DNA of 64,000 nucleotides from Octopus sinensis. Taxonomy: Eukaryota. Location: positions 23,882,464 to 23,946,463 of the forward strand of contig NC_043011.1 in NCBI RefSeq assembly GCF_006345805.1, in the 5' to 3' direction. Below the pieces are notes generated by a model, which had not been told where the DNA came from, did not search any database, and saw only the letters and a program-made list of their open reading frames with translations. The translations under genes were made by a program, and so were the position numbers. Below are positions 39,670 through 53,562 of the stretch, one piece after another. Numbering within the stretch: the stretch's first letter is position 1; every line of letters starts with the position of its first letter.

Positions 39670-40166
39670 TCTTAAGCATTATCACTTGCTATCTAAAGAA
39701 ATAATTCAATGTAGCTTTGTCTGTTGATGTTTTCTATGACCCTTACGTGTAGGATATCTGTCTATTGGTCGATATGTTTTCACTTTCTTATTTGTTGCCA
39801 AAAATGAGATGGTCAACACAAAATCCACACTTTGGTATTTTTTCCAAACCAAATTTTTAATTTTTACTTTTTAATTCACTTGAACAAAGCGTTTTATTTC
39901 CCATGATGCAACCGGTTTATTGTTGTTGCTAAGTCTGATGTCTCGGAGGTACTTCAAGAACTGGTCAGCTAAGCAGCGTCCCGTTTGACCAATGTACAGG
40001 GAAGGACAGAGAGAGCAGGAGATGCAGTAAATGACATTATTAGAGGTGCAAGTAAAGGAGTCGGTTACGTGAGAGGGACAGTGATTGGTGCTTGACGATT
40101 GTGGTATTAGAGAGGCAGGGACAGGTGTAACAGCGGGGGTGGGAGCAGGGGAAGTAGCCAGGCAAG

Positions 40167-40232
<66 letters not shown>

Positions 40233-40999
40233 TTGTTTTGTTGCTTATTCTTTTATTTGTTCAACTCATTTGACTGTGGTCATGCTGGAGCACCGCCTTT
40301 TAGTCGAAGAAATTGATCCTAGGACTTATTCTTTGTAAGCCTGGTACTTATTCTATCGGTCTCTTTTGCCGAATCGCTAAGTTACAGGGAGGTAAATATA
40401 CTAACATCGGCTGTCAAGCGATTGTATTAAGTTATTGGATATACCAATTTACATATTAAGCGCATTCCTGGAGCGTGGTACTGACTTATGAAAACATTTA
40501 GTATACTTTACAGTGTATTATGGTTGCATAACGAAGTACCACGTACCTACAAATCATTAATGTTTAAATACCAGCTCCAGTAATGCATTTAATATGTAAA
40601 TGGGTATATCCAATAATTTAACACTGCTCTATGCGGTGACTATATAAGCAATGTGTTCAGAGGCGAGATGGGTGCTGATGAAAGAGCAGCAACACCCGAA
40701 ATATGATATATACATTCATTGGCGTCTCGATACGAAACGTTGTAGCAAAAATTAGCTGACTTATGAAAATTCGGTAAAGGAGTCGGTTACGTGATAGGGT
40801 CGGTAATTGGTGCCTGAGGATTGTGGTATTGGAGAGGTAGGAGCAGGTGCCCCAAAACAGCCAGGCTAACATACCCTAAAGAATGATGTGAAACGCTCAG
40901 CATACCAACAAAACATTATGCATGGGTTTGTTTCTGGAAGACTTGAGTAATATCGACATGAAGCGAAACCTCTCTTGGACTCGTGACCGCTACATTAGA

Positions 41000-41600
41000 A
41001 CACACATCAAAAGGTGTGCATTTGCAATCCAAGAACAGGAGATTGCTATAAAATGCCTAATAAACAAGAGACAGTGAAACCCTTGGAGCTCCAAGATGCA
41101 ACAGAAAACGTAGATTGTCACATTTCTGTGCAAGACATCACACATGTGATTAGCAGCTGCCCCAAAATGTCATCACGGTACTTCCTCCCTATGCGACTTG
41201 ACAGTCGCAAAAACAATATACAACGTCATTCAGAGAAAAGACTGTCCTTAAATAAATAAAGGGAATCGTCCTGTTATTGAATACATGCATATGTATCAAC
41301 ACAAGGCATACTGGTGAAACATTCCAATCAAAATATCGCTCGAGTGTAATCATAGCAGGCCGGATATTATTGTTTATGAAAGACAAGAAAAAGTATGTAC
41401 TCTCATAGAGGTCAGCTCTCCTGCTGATATAAACAACTCTTTGAAAAGCAAAGAGAAAAAGATAGCTATGGACAACTACTTTGAAACCTTCAGCTTCTAT
41501 ATCCAGGTTATAAAATTCACATTTATACCAAAAATAATTGGTGCACTTGGTTTTGTGAGTAAATGATTAAATAGCAATCTGGATAAGCTTGTGTTCTCAG
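41000..41600 (+). mobile_element. Diverged R4/Dong-like 3' ORF fragment
   Basis: FAIQEQEIA, HVISSCPKMSSRYFLPMR, RPDIIVY and IIGALGFVS. Similar decayed pieces at about 33990-34240, 34995-35310, 35590-35760 and 38700-39120. Confidence 0.65.
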
Positions 41601-41833
41601 ATATACAGTGACAGTACCGGATAGTAATGTTTATATGCCAATAGAATGTCCTATAAAGGACGATGTTATTGTTGTTTTAGCCCCAGGAAAACATCTTTTC
41701 CAACTGGATATTGACACACAATTTGTGTCTGTATAGCATTTGCAAGGGAGGTCATCGGTCCCATCTCTAACCTTACGTGTTACTCACAGACCTAGGTTTC
41801 TGAATGTTATCCGTCCTCAGTGTGAGACAACAA

Positions 41834-41990
41834 CAACCTAGTAACGAAAGCTTTCTCCGCTTGTTACTTTCTCTCAGTCCCTCTCACTATTACTCTCACT
41901 ACTTCTCCTTCACGGAATTACTATTTTCTCTCCTCTCTCTTCACTTATACTACTTTTTCGCTCACTTCCTCCTAATTTCCGACACACACA

Positions 41991-42051
<61 letters not shown>

Positions 42052-42168
42052 GACGGGAGCGGAGAGAAAATAGTAATCCAGTGAAGGAGAAGCAGTGAGA
42101 GTAATAGCCATGACTGAGAGGGACTTAGAGAAAGTAACACGTGGAAAGAGCTTTCGTCACTAGGTTGA
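41834..42168. repeat. Local inverted repeat (arms about 100 bp, spacer about 128 bp with (CA)n)
   Basis: 41834-41932 CAACCTAGTAACGAAAGC...ATTACTATTTTCTCTCC is the reverse complement of 42061-42168. Confidence 0.85.
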
Positions 42169-42669
42169 AGTGAATCTAACGGTTTTTGTGTGTTCTTAAA
42201 TGGCTTATAAACACCTTCCACGCTGCAATTGTTTTTGTTTCAGTACATATATATACAGACAAACATAGAAATATACTACAGTCATTATTATATTAGATTA
42301 GATCATTTTCTTTGATTATAGGAAGATATAATCTGGCCTAAATTATTTGATAAGGAATAACCAATTTTAAGAAGCCTAGGGTTAATAATATCATAATATC
42401 TATTTTCTTTTGTAAAATGTTTAGAGAAAAGTTTGTATAAGTTTCCAACCAAATTACCCTAAATTTGCTTAGCGAATGGAACCATGAACTAATGTCGTTT
42501 TACCAAGAGATTCATTATAATTTTCAAATTTTCGAGCATTATTGAAATTATAAGGGGTTTGTTTTTTTTTATCCGTTATTCGTATTCGTGATAGTATGAG
42601 GGCGATTAGAAGAACGAAGCAATAGATTAGTTGTGCATACATACATACATACATACATACATACATACA

Positions 42670-42703
<34 letters not shown>

Positions 42704-42714
42704 CATATTACTTT

Positions 42715-43378
42715 TCTTTAATTTAAGTTCTTAGGAAAGTTCAAGCCGGTCGCTAACGAAGCAACAAGACTTTTTGAATTAAGGGAGTTCCCCGTGTTTG
42801 TAAATATGTGGTTGACTTGGTGTGTTGGTTAAACTATCGATGCATAAGCCCAAGTATGTACCTGAGATTCACATAAGAATCTCACACGGAGAATTTCTGG
42901 AATGTCTCACAAATCTTCACTGTGGCACAAATAGATTGGATTTGGAGAATCCGCGTCAGTTTCTTTTGCTCTTTCTCAGCGAAACCAAGTATTTCAAGGT
43001 TTTGGGGCAAATTTGTTGGTACATAACTTAATGCACCTATGCAAACGAGAATTCATAGTCAGAGTACAAGAGCTATAAGTTCCGCATTAATTCGCCCTAA
43101 ATGTTCTCTTTTCCTGGATCTTTTGACTATACATTGGCATCTGACTTCTACAACAGTGCACGACATTTGTTCCCTGTCCAACAGAACAACATTAGGTCTG
43201 TTATGTTTGCATCGAATTGATGTTTTTATTAAGGTGTTCTACCAGTATTCCTTGTTTTTAAAGGTGTGAGTACCTGCTGGTTCTGACATGTCTTTGATGT
43301 ATACGTCAGGGCTGCCCAACCTGCAGATAACATTGTAAATAGTCTTTGCAACTATATCATGCTCCACGGGCAGGTAGT
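42715..43378 (-). mobile_element. R4/Dong-like subfamily 2, second 3' fragment
   Basis: Colinear with about 25800-26460 (REL domain plus 3' UTR). Confidence 0.75.
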
Positions 43379-43463
43379 ATGTATGTATGTATGTATGTAT
43401 GTATGTATGTATGTATGTTGTATGTATGTATGTATGTATGTATGTATGTATGTATGTATGTAT

Positions 43464-43905
43464 GTCATTCAGTTTTATTTCAAGATTTCTTGCAAATGGA
43501 GAAAGATCTGGTTTCTAATGTCCCTTCATTGGAATTTCAACATCAACAGGGTAGTTTTGCACGTATGTATGTATGTATGTATGTATGTATGTATGTATGT
43601 ATGTATGTATGTATGTTTGTTTGTTGTTTGTTTGTTTGTTTGTTTGTTTGTTTGTTTGTATGCTTTGTATGTTTTGTTTAATGTATGTATTCTCATGCAT
43701 ATAGTTGCATATCTTAGACATGCTCATATATAATTAAATGATAAACGCCTGGAAAGTTTTACAGATTTTTACAGTTCCAGTGATGGATTGGATCTGTAAT
43801 CTTCGAATCAACTTTCTCCTTTCTGGTTTTGAGAAGCCTAATTTATCAAGATTGATATTAAGGCAATATGTTACATATCTCAGTGCCCCAATAATTACAA
43901 GTATA
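43464..43905 (-). mobile_element. R4/Dong-like subfamily 1, short 3' copy with (CATA)n on both sides
   Basis: Reverse complement of 36430-36790, with (TATG)n at 43380-43463 and 43910-44040. Confidence 0.8.
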
Positions 43906-45719
43906 GACCTATGTATGTATGTATGTATGTATGTATGTATGTATGTATGTATGTATGTATGTATGTATGTATGTATGTATGTACGTACGTACGTATGTAG
44001 TATGTATGTATGTATGTATATATGCAGTTAGATAGATGTATGTATGCAGTTAGACAGATTTTAAGTTCATGAATTAAGAGAATGTTATGTTCCGTAGGAG
44101 TTGATAACTTTGTCCCTTTCAGCTATCGTTAACACTTGTCCCTTATTTGGTTTTCGTTTTCTTTTCACCCCCTTAGTATTCAATGCATAGTGACCAGCCA
44201 ACCAGTAAACCACACCCACGACTGATCACTGACTCCAACTAACCAAATTTTACTTTACGAGATATAATTCCTGAACTTGCCCAAATCTAATACCCTTTGA
44301 TAAATTCCGTTGAGAAGGAAACAAAGATACTTTTGTAAAGCGTCGTTACGACGCATCTGTTAAATATACAGTGCTTCTGTTTCTTGCAGCAATGACATGT
44401 TTCCATTCTTGAAGCTCATTGAGATATTGGTTGAGGAGATGGTTAGATTAAGCAGTATGAAAGTCGGTGTCTTGTCTATGTATCACTTGTGAGGGAATAC
44501 AATATCGTTGATCTTTCAGTAACGGTGTGTGAAATATTGCCTTCTTACATAGATACCGGGCCGATATTTTTAACAATGGTATGAAATCAATATTCCATTA
44601 TAGTATATTATCTATGCTACCGGTGTTGAAAGGGGGAAAATATCCCATGACATTTAAATAATAGGATCCTTGTGGGATTGTACCTGGATGCTTGATGATA
44701 CGAAATTAAGTACTGTAATAAGTTATTCTGGGTTAGTATCCTCTCGATTGTATTGTCTATTAGAATGAGGCAAAATATATTCAAAGCAACAACAACAAAA
44801 AAAACTATTTGTAAATAACAATGTAGTTCTGAACCTTAAAGGTTTTGAAATATACTTTTCTATGAAAAACTATCAATTTATCTTTTTTTAAATTTTTTTT
44901 TTAGCTCAAATGATACTGCGCACTCTTACAATCCCTATTTCCGTCCCTCCACTTATGGACAAAAGTAAACCTATACAGAAAAGAAAAAAACCAAAAAAAA
45001 AAAAACCAGACACGAAACAAAAACCAGAAAACAAGCATTTTCATATTCACAGCTATTGTTTGCTCATTCTACCTCCGCTCTCAATTGAAATTCTTCTCAT
45101 GGCTTCAAGCTTTTATCCTGTCATCATGTGAACCATCACATCCCACACAGTTGAATGTTGTTTGAAAAGATAATTAAAAACAAAGCAGTTACGTGATTGT
45201 GAACAACAACAACAAAAATAGTTATTCAAAGGTATTTCAGTATAGAAGAAAGAGTCACAATAAAAAAATGCTCTCCAAATAATTGAATCTATCAGACATG
45301 AATCAGATCGCGGATTCTATCTTTTGTAACAATAGTTTTCAATTAGCAACCTAAGTGAAGCTAAATTATTGCAACCAGAAATAAACGCCTAGTCACGAAT
45401 CTGATCCAGGATGCTGGAAGCTTATCTCTCAATTATAGCAATCACTACTGTGATATCAAAGTGATACTGCATGAAGGAAACCCACCGAGTGGCGTACATA
45501 CCTTTTCCAACGACGGTCACACCCCAAGAATCGAAACTAGGTCGCGAACTTGCCCCACTGTTATATTACCTCTATCCTATTTTTAACAAATCTACTTTCA
45601 CCAAATCTTTTAAGAAGTCATTAACAAATGTACTTTGAACAAATCCTCTATGAAGCATTTTAACGTGTCTGTTCGTAAGAAGCCATTAATGTATACTTGA
45701 ACAAGTCTGGGTTGTTCGA

Positions 45720-46985
45720 AAGATCAAGGTCGTTGCTAAAGTGCCAAGCCTCAGGCTTAATTTTTTCCTTGCTCAGCAGTCAATGACATCAAAATTTGAG
45801 TTATAGCAACTGGGAGAGAGCAACACCACCTACAGTTTTCTTATTTAGGTAGAACAGAGGTAGAAAACCTTCTGCCCGCGAGCGAAATTTTGCCTGCTAT
45901 CAAACTTCTAACCGTTCAGTGACGAAGTCCCTAAACGCCTACAGGAAAAAAAAGATTTAATCTTTTGAGACCAAACAGTTGTTTAATATAGCTGGCATGC
46001 TAATGAATTTGTAAAAATTTAAGTCATCATTTTTCTCAGCAGAGAAACTCTTTCATAAGTTCTTATGAACTTGCAATTCAATCCTGGTATCGCAAATATT
46101 CCGCACTTCCTAAGGTAGTGATTACCTGATAGTTTGAATCATCAACTGTTTTTAGTCCATCCTCAGCTTGCTTCATAATCTACATCCCACAGCTTCTATC
46201 TGACAATATGCACGCCCCAGGCTTTTAGTAGATTCTTCCTTGACTGTTGTTATACTTGCTATTTTAAATTTCACTTCTTTCTGTACACGCCTAACAAATG
46301 TCAGACTGTACGACTTTTTGCTCTGAATTATATCCTTGGCCACTTTATCAGCCCGTCTAGCCTTGAGAGAGCATTCTGAATGATCTACTTATCTATAGAT
46401 AGAAGAATCAGGTCTATCCATGAATGCCTTCTTAGTTGATTGTATCTGAACCATTTGTTCCGAAAAGTATGTAGCTTTTAAAAGTATCTCTATGACAGGA
46501 ATAAACCACATGAAAGATATTGTGCAGCTACCAGCAACCCAATCTTCAGGCAGTGCCAATCTCTTGTGAAGTTGCCAGATGTAAATCTCATCTCGATACT
46601 GTCATGGTATTTCTTCATTAATTTTGTTACCTTCTCTAGAGTGTGGAAGTGGCTCGTGGATCTCATCAGCAATTCATGTGGTACTGAGCCATATGCATTA
46701 GTTAGATCAATCTTGTTTTGTTCGACATCCTGGATTGCCTTCTAAATTGAAAAGGACTGTTCAACACACCCAGGAATCCCAAGGATTCCAGTCTTTTGAA
46801 CAGATTAATCTGCATAGTTATTACTCCGTAGGTATGCCATTGTTCTTTTTGAAAGAATGCCCATATAAATCTTGCCATTCACATTCAATAAGGATATGGT
46901 CTGAATTGATTTATAGTCTCTGCATTGGTTTCCTTTGACAGGTATATACCTTCTTCTGTACTCCAGTCTTCCACTAGAACCTCTT
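45720..46985 (-). mobile_element. Hero-type (R2-superfamily) LINE RT fragment
   Basis: Minus strand across frames reads EGIYLSKE..QFR, ISLLNVNGKI, SVQKTGIPGIPGCVE, DLTNAYGSVPHELL and RFTSGNFTRDW..LKIG. Confidence 0.7.
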
Positions 46986-47049
46986 CACGCCAAAGCTGTC
47001 GGAGCAGGATGAAAAGCTTCTTTCGGAAACGATCGCTGTAGTTATATTT

Positions 47050-47375
47050 AAAGAGACTCCGCCGGTTACGACGACGAGGGTCCCAGCTGATACGATCAAC
47101 GGAACAGCTTGCTCGTGAAATTAACGTGCAAATGGCTGAGCATTCCACAGACACGTGTACCCTTAACGTAGTTCTCGGGGATAATCAGCGTGACACAGAG
47201 AGTGACAAGGCTGACCCTTTGAAGTACAAGTACAACTCATTTTTGCCAGCTGAGTGGACTGGAGCAACGTGAAATAAAGTGTCTTGCTCAAGGACACAAC
47301 GCGTCGCCGGGAATCGAACTCACAACCTTACGATCATGAGCCGAATGCCCTAACCACTAAGCCACGCGCCCTCAC
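47050..47375 (-). mobile_element. SINE-D variant with a different 3' part
   Basis: Head GGCGCGTGGCTTAGTGGTTAGGGCATTCGGCTCATGATCGTAAGGTTGTGAGTTCGATTCCC, then TGTGTCCTTGAGCAAGACAC core. Confidence 0.75.
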
Positions 47376-47909
47376 CTGTAGTTATATACCTTACACAAAA
47401 ACGCAATAACCTCCTGGAGTGCTTTTCGCTCAGGCTTGTTCAAGTTTGTTGAGCAATACTTCAAGTTTCGCATAACTTATTCAATGAGAAAAGCAAGCTT
47501 CACTTTGTTGTATTAATATTGAAACATAAGATACAAGTGTCTAGTCTTTTACATCAGTTGTGAAATTTACTTATATATATATTTGAATGTTTGCTTATCG
47601 ACCGGTTACTTTGTGTCACTTTTTGTGTTCATGTGAACGATGCATATACATTTGTCAAAACCGTTCCATATTAGTATATGTATATTCAGTTTATTTTTTC
47701 TGTACCTACATGTTTGACGGTATTTTGTTGAGTGTTTATATTTGTCTATGCATAAAGAGTTTTTAGCTACGTGTACATAAAATATCTATGCTTGTATCAC
47801 CACGTGTACATGTACACACACACATACACACACGCACGCACACACGCACACACACACACGCCACGCATATATATTCCTACCTACATGTATATATATGCAT
47901 ATATATATA

Positions 47910-47949
<40 letters not shown>

Positions 47950-47951
<2 letters not shown>

Positions 47952-48350
47952 TCTTTTCTACTCTAGGCACAAGGCCCGAAATTTTGGGGGAGGAGGCCAG
48001 TCGATTAGATCGACTTCAGTATGCAACTGGTACTAAATTTATCGACCCCGAAAGGTTGAAAGGCAAAGTCGACCTCGGGGGAAATTTGAACTCAGAACGT
48101 AACGGCAGACGAAATACCTATTTCTTTACTACCCACAAGGGGCTAAACACAGAGAGGACAAACAAGGACAAACAGACAGATTAAGTCGATTGTATCGACC
48201 CCAGTGAGTAACTGGTACTTATTTAATCGACCCCGAAAGGATGAAAGGCAAAGTCGACCTCGGCGGAATTTGAACTCAGAACGTAGCGGCAGACGAAATA
48301 CTGCTAAGTATTTCGCCCGGCGTGCTAATGTTTCTGCCAGCTCGCCACCT
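47950..48350 (-). mobile_element. Dimeric SINE-A
   Basis: Two SINE-A cores joined by the A2 linker (...GGGTAGTAAAGAAATAGG|TATTTCGTC). The same junction occurs at 56926-57325. Confidence 0.75.
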
Positions 48351-48649
48351 TGTGTGTACTTATATTATATGCGCGCGTGTGTGTGCGTGCGCGTGTGTAT
48401 GTATATATTTATGTACATTTATAAGCATACTTATATTTCAATATATGATTATATGTGCATATTCACCGGCATTAATATATGAATATGCGTTTACATACAT
48501 ATATCTTATGTGCATGTTCATACATACATACATACATACATACATACATACATACATACATGCATGCATGCATACATACACACACCTACATCCATCCATC
48601 CATTTATCCATCAACACACCCACTCATCCATCCATCCATCCATACATGA

Positions 48650-50290
48650 TAAATTTTGTTTTTTGTTATACGGTTGTGAAAAGAGAGAAAACTGGAAAAG
48701 AGACTAGCAACATCTCCATCAATGATTTAACTGTTTACTCTATATCTGACGAGGAATGTTACAGGTATCTTGGGGTGTATCTTGGCACCTGTAACAAAAC
48801 ACGAGTCACCGAAGAATATTACAGCCAAATAAAGAAAATATGAACCTCGGAACTCTCTACATTCAATAAAACAATGGCCCACAATGTGTTTGCAGTGCCA
48901 GTACTCATACCAACATTTGGGCTGCTTGATTGGACGCTTGATAAGATCCGAGTAATTGATGTGAAGACCCAAAGGTATTAACCAGCACATAATTTCCACA
49001 TCAACAGTGACGTAGACTGACTCCCGCTGTAATGAAAACAAGGGAGAAGAGGCTTAACATCAATCCAGACTGCTTCTGAATGTCATAACATACTCCTCCG
49101 GCAACATCTTTTAAACATCAAGTGCCGAAGTGTATCCCTTGACCAAGTATGTATACATGAGGCTGATAATATCATGAGCCTTGGAAAGCAGCTCCTTGAG
49201 CAGCATTCTTTGTCTGATAACCTTAAATACATGCCCAAAGAAGTCGCACGACTCTACCGCAATATATCCTCAGATGGAAGGATGAGCGCATATCAGCAGA
49301 AGATGGATATGTTAGTAGAAAGCTTCGGGATGATAGTAACACTGATCATCAAATCAGTTTATCATGGATTAACAATAGGATTACTACCTCCCACTTTGAA
49401 GGGTATACGTTTGTAATCCAGGAACAGGAAATATCAACCAAATACTTGATGCACAAAATAGATAGAGATGCAGGAAAAGCAGCAAAATGTGACAACCGAT
49501 GCAGACTTTGTGGAGTTAACACCGAAGACATCACCCACATCAGAAGCAGCTGCCTGAAAATGTCATCACGGCATTATCTACCGATGAGATGTGATGTTGT
49601 AGCTAGGATACTCTGTAATGAGATCCGTCGGATGGATAATCCAGGAGTCAAAGAAATAAGAAGCCACAATCTGGTAGAAGCCATAGCCACTTATAATAAA
49701 AAGGAGTTCTAGTGAAAACCTTAATAAAAGTTAAGCATAATAGACCTGACATAGTAATTTGGGATAGAGAAGAGAAACTGTACAGTCGTGGAAATCAGCT
49801 GCACAGCGGATGTTAACATAAATCAGCGAAACAGAAAATACCTACGCTGAATTATTGAAGAATCTACAGCTACTCTATCCAGATTACAAGTTCAGGTTTA
49901 TACCTGTAATTATTGAGGTACTGGGATATGTAACACACTGCCTAAATACCAATCTTGAGAAATTAGGCTTCCCAAAACGAGAAAGGAGAAAGCTGATTCG
50001 AAGACTACAGATCCAGTCCATCACTGGAACTGTAAAAATCTGAAAAACTTTCTAGAAGTTTATCATTTAAGCATATATGATCATGTCTAGACATGCAACT
50101 ATATTCATGAGAATACATACATAAAGCAAAACATACAAATCTGCACATATACATACATACGAGGTCTTATCAATAAGTATCCGGATTGTTGCTATTGACA
50201 CGAAGCTAAAGCACCTAGGATTTGGATCTAGGTTAGAAACCGGCTCTTTCTCTATTGGTAAGAAATCTTGAAATAAAACTGAATGATGAC
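48650..50290 (+). mobile_element. R4/Dong-like subfamily 1, longest copy
   Basis: YRYLGV, NVFAVPVLIPTFGLLDW, HINSDVDRL...GRRGL, IQEQEISTK, CRLCGVNTEDITHI, RPDIVIWDREEK and the 3' UTR. Multiple frameshifts. Confidence 0.85.
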
Positions 50291-50614
50291 ATATATACCT
50301 ACGTCTGTTATTTAATATAGAATTTTGAGGATTTTATATACGAATGAGAGATATATATTCCTACATGTTGTCGCTTAAAGTTTTCCTTTAACATAATGTA
50401 TATCTAAGATTGTATATTCTGATCTAATATTTGATGTAAATCTGATCGCTAAGCAGAATAATATAAACAATTTTAATAGGTCTTTATTTCTATCTTTGCG
50501 TATGTAGCCGATACTTTTTCCAGGAATTTACATTCGCGCGTGCGCGCACACACAAGTCGTATTTCTATCAATAATGAATTAGTAGTAAAAACAACGCCGC
50601 TGCTACAGCAACAA

Positions 50615-50619
50615 CTGTA

Positions 50620-50673
<54 letters not shown>

Positions 50674-50675
50674 AT

Positions 50676-50713
<38 letters not shown>

Positions 50714-50775
50714 TCAGTAGTAGCAGTAGTAGCAGCAGCAGTAGCAGTAGTAGCAGTAGTAGTAGTAGTAGTAGT

Positions 50776-50852
<77 letters not shown>

Positions 50853-50890
50853 CAGCAGCAGCTGCGGCGGCGGTGGTGGTGATGGTGGTT
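50615..50890 (+). repeat. Compound triplet microsatellite (ATT)n(AGT)n(AGC)n
   Basis: Direct reading. Confidence 0.95.
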
Positions 50891-51622
50891 TTAGGATGAT
50901 GAAAAAGGAGAGGCACAAAAGATGGTGACGGTTGTGTGGATATGTGAAATATATTCGCAAAAGTTTTCAACATAAGTCAATGAATGTATAAAAGTACATA
51001 AAAGCAACTTCTTTCTGTCTTTCTTTTCTTTTGTCTTGTGAACAAAACAAGATGGATTTATAATCGTAATTAAAAGGATTTATAATATATCTTTAGGGTG
51101 GCCCAAGCCATGTTTTAAAAGGCTATTTGAATCGTTATATTTTTTTCTCTTTTAAGGAGCTAACAAGATTTCCGATCAAGCAGACAAGTATAAACTCAGC
51201 AGCTGTTGACTGCGATCAAAAATATCCTTTTAAAACATAGCAGAATGAAAAACAAATGGAACAAATGGCTTGTTTGTCAACCTAATCTGGCCCCAGTATT
51301 TAGTCTTCCTTATTTATACAACTGGTAATCAGATTAGAAGTCATTGAAAATGCTTCAGGGTCCACAGTAAGTCTTCGCTGCTACATAGGCTCTGGTAGTT
51401 TCAAAGGTGTAAGAGTTTAACTGCAGTTTAGGTAGCTGTTGCTGTTGTCAACCGTGATAAAAGTCATATGGTCAAAGGCATTCCATTTGTGACCATCTCA
51501 TCTACTATAATATCAGGGATTACATTGTTCAATGTATGCATTATTTAAGACGATACGGTGTGATTTGTGGGTGATTTGGTGATTTGGCAGCGATTTCAAG
51601 GAGGTCGAGCAACTACTTAGAG

Positions 51623-52240
51623 CTAGTTTCCCAACGTAGGGTATCTGCATTTCCTGGTAGTGCGAGAAAGCATTTCGAGGTTCGACAAAAGAAGTATATA
51701 TTTTATTTTAATCAACTTTTAGAATAAATCTCTTGCAAATGACTTTTTCAACCAAGCGCACCAAGGACGTTGTTATTCTACTCATGTAGCTTTAACCCTT
51801 AACAGATTATAACTAACAACAGTGTTTTCATTCCATTTGCAACAACACACTTATGCGAGTTTGGATTCAGTTCTTTTGTCAATCAAGACAAATTGCCTGA
51901 ATTCACGAGCAAACATACACATTTCAATCAGAAAGAAAATGTTACATTTTGATAAAGTTACGAATGAGTAGGAAGTCTTTGAATTTTATTTTCACAATTG
52001 CGATTGATTTCACAGTGTATAATTCACTGTATCTAATTGCTCAATTTATATTCGCATTTTGCAAATTTATTTTTAAAGTTCAATTTGTTCGTCCACAATA
52101 CTATATGTAGTTCAATTCATAAAAAAAATTTAGTCACTAAAAAAATTGGCTTTTAAATCTTTATATGTGATATCACTTTTGCAGGTGATACGAAAATAAA
52201 TGAAACATTTGTGAGGCATAGAAAAGGTTAGGGAGCATTG
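51623..52240 (+). mobile_element. Non-autonomous hAT (Buster/Charlie-like) element
   Basis: Degenerate TIRs CTAGTTTCCCAAC and GTTAGGGAGCATTG, with an 8-bp TSD ACTTAGAG/ATTTAGAG. Internal FIPFATTHLCEFGFSSFV matches the hAT C-terminal dimerisation motif. Confidence 0.65.
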
Positions 52241-53449
52241 ATTTAGAGCCCCCCCCCCTTGTTATTGTTGTTGTTTTATCTCCAATTCAGCCCTGATTAA
52301 ACAGACGGGTTGATCAAGAGAGTTACAGCCTCTCTTTATTATATGCCAAACACAGACTACTTTGAAGGAGTAGTTTCATCCAGAGAACTGTTGGGAATGA
52401 AGGTGTTTAGAAAGGTATTTTCCTATAATTTCTTCAAAAGAAAATGTAACCATCTTCGCATAAATTACATCACCTTGGTTAGTTTATCCCATTCTTCGTT
52501 ACATAAGACTCATGGGAATACCGGACTGTTACCCAGCGGTTCTGAAGAATATTTTAGCGTGGAATTTTTATATGATTTTACGAAAATTCAGAAACCAATA
52601 CCTATATTTTACAGACAACCCCACCACCTTCATCTTAATACAACATTAAATATAATAAAAATTGCTTTAAAGATGTAATTTATTCGTAAAAATAAATGAA
52701 TATAACTTTGTTTTTGTAAATGAATAACATTCGTTTTATAAAATAAGTTTTTGTTAAATTTCATTAAATAACTTTGTATCTTGTGGAAGACTAGGATCTG
52801 TTTTCACGGAATCCTGAGATACCTCGAAACCTCTTTAGAGGAACACAACGATAAACTAAGCACCAGGAGGTTATGCAGTCACTCGACCTACTAAAATGGC
52901 TGTGAAATCTGTCTGAAAAAGATCACACACCCTACTATTGATAAAAAATGGAAGGTCACATTAAATATTGCAGACGTATACACTTTATAAGAATTGGGTG
53001 GTCATGGTTAGATTGTCTTTGATCATAAGTCTACGTGATTAGAATCGAACTGGGGCTAAACGACAATAAGTTATACCATAAGTTATACAACGGTAAGATA
53101 TTCAATAAAGTTATGCAAACTTTTTATACAACAGTAAGCTACACAGCTTAGAGTTATACCAGCGATTTTCAATGAGTTCCTTTAGGTAAAAGAAAACACA
53201 AGTGGATCAGCTAATTATGATTTTATTCAACGTGGTGTTCCAGTATGGCCGCAGTCAAATGACTGAAACAAAAGAATAAAAGAATATAAACCTCTCAGAT
53301 TGATACACTTATTACAGCGGCCCTACAGTTTTTCTAAGCCCTGTAAAATAACCCGGAAGGTTGGGCCTCCAACTAGGCCTTTCGTGATACTTTTGAAGCC
53401 AGGAATTTTCACTACTCCCTCATTGAATACACATATATGTAAGTAAAGA

Positions 53450-53506
<57 letters not shown>

Positions 53507-53562
53507 TACGTACGTATTTATGTATGTATATATGTATATGTATGTATGTATGCATGTATATA

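Noticed and set aside
40655-40720. CTGATGA...GAAA near a GGGTG..CACCC hairpin, a possible hammerhead
   Set aside because: The CTGATGA falls inside the hairpin rather than in the core position, and no convincing stems I/III could be built.
16191-47375. tRNA-like sequences (e.g. 16191, 19357, 20454, 29180, 47310 and 8290-8350)
   Set aside because: A/B boxes continue directly into SINE bodies and lack a closing acceptor stem. These are SINE heads, not tRNA genes.
22585-47640. Scattered intronic TCATGTGA/CACGTG E-boxes (e.g. about 22588, 25078, 45123 and 47630)
   Set aside because: Isolated 6-8-mers at roughly chance frequency, with no clustering comparable to the upstream module.
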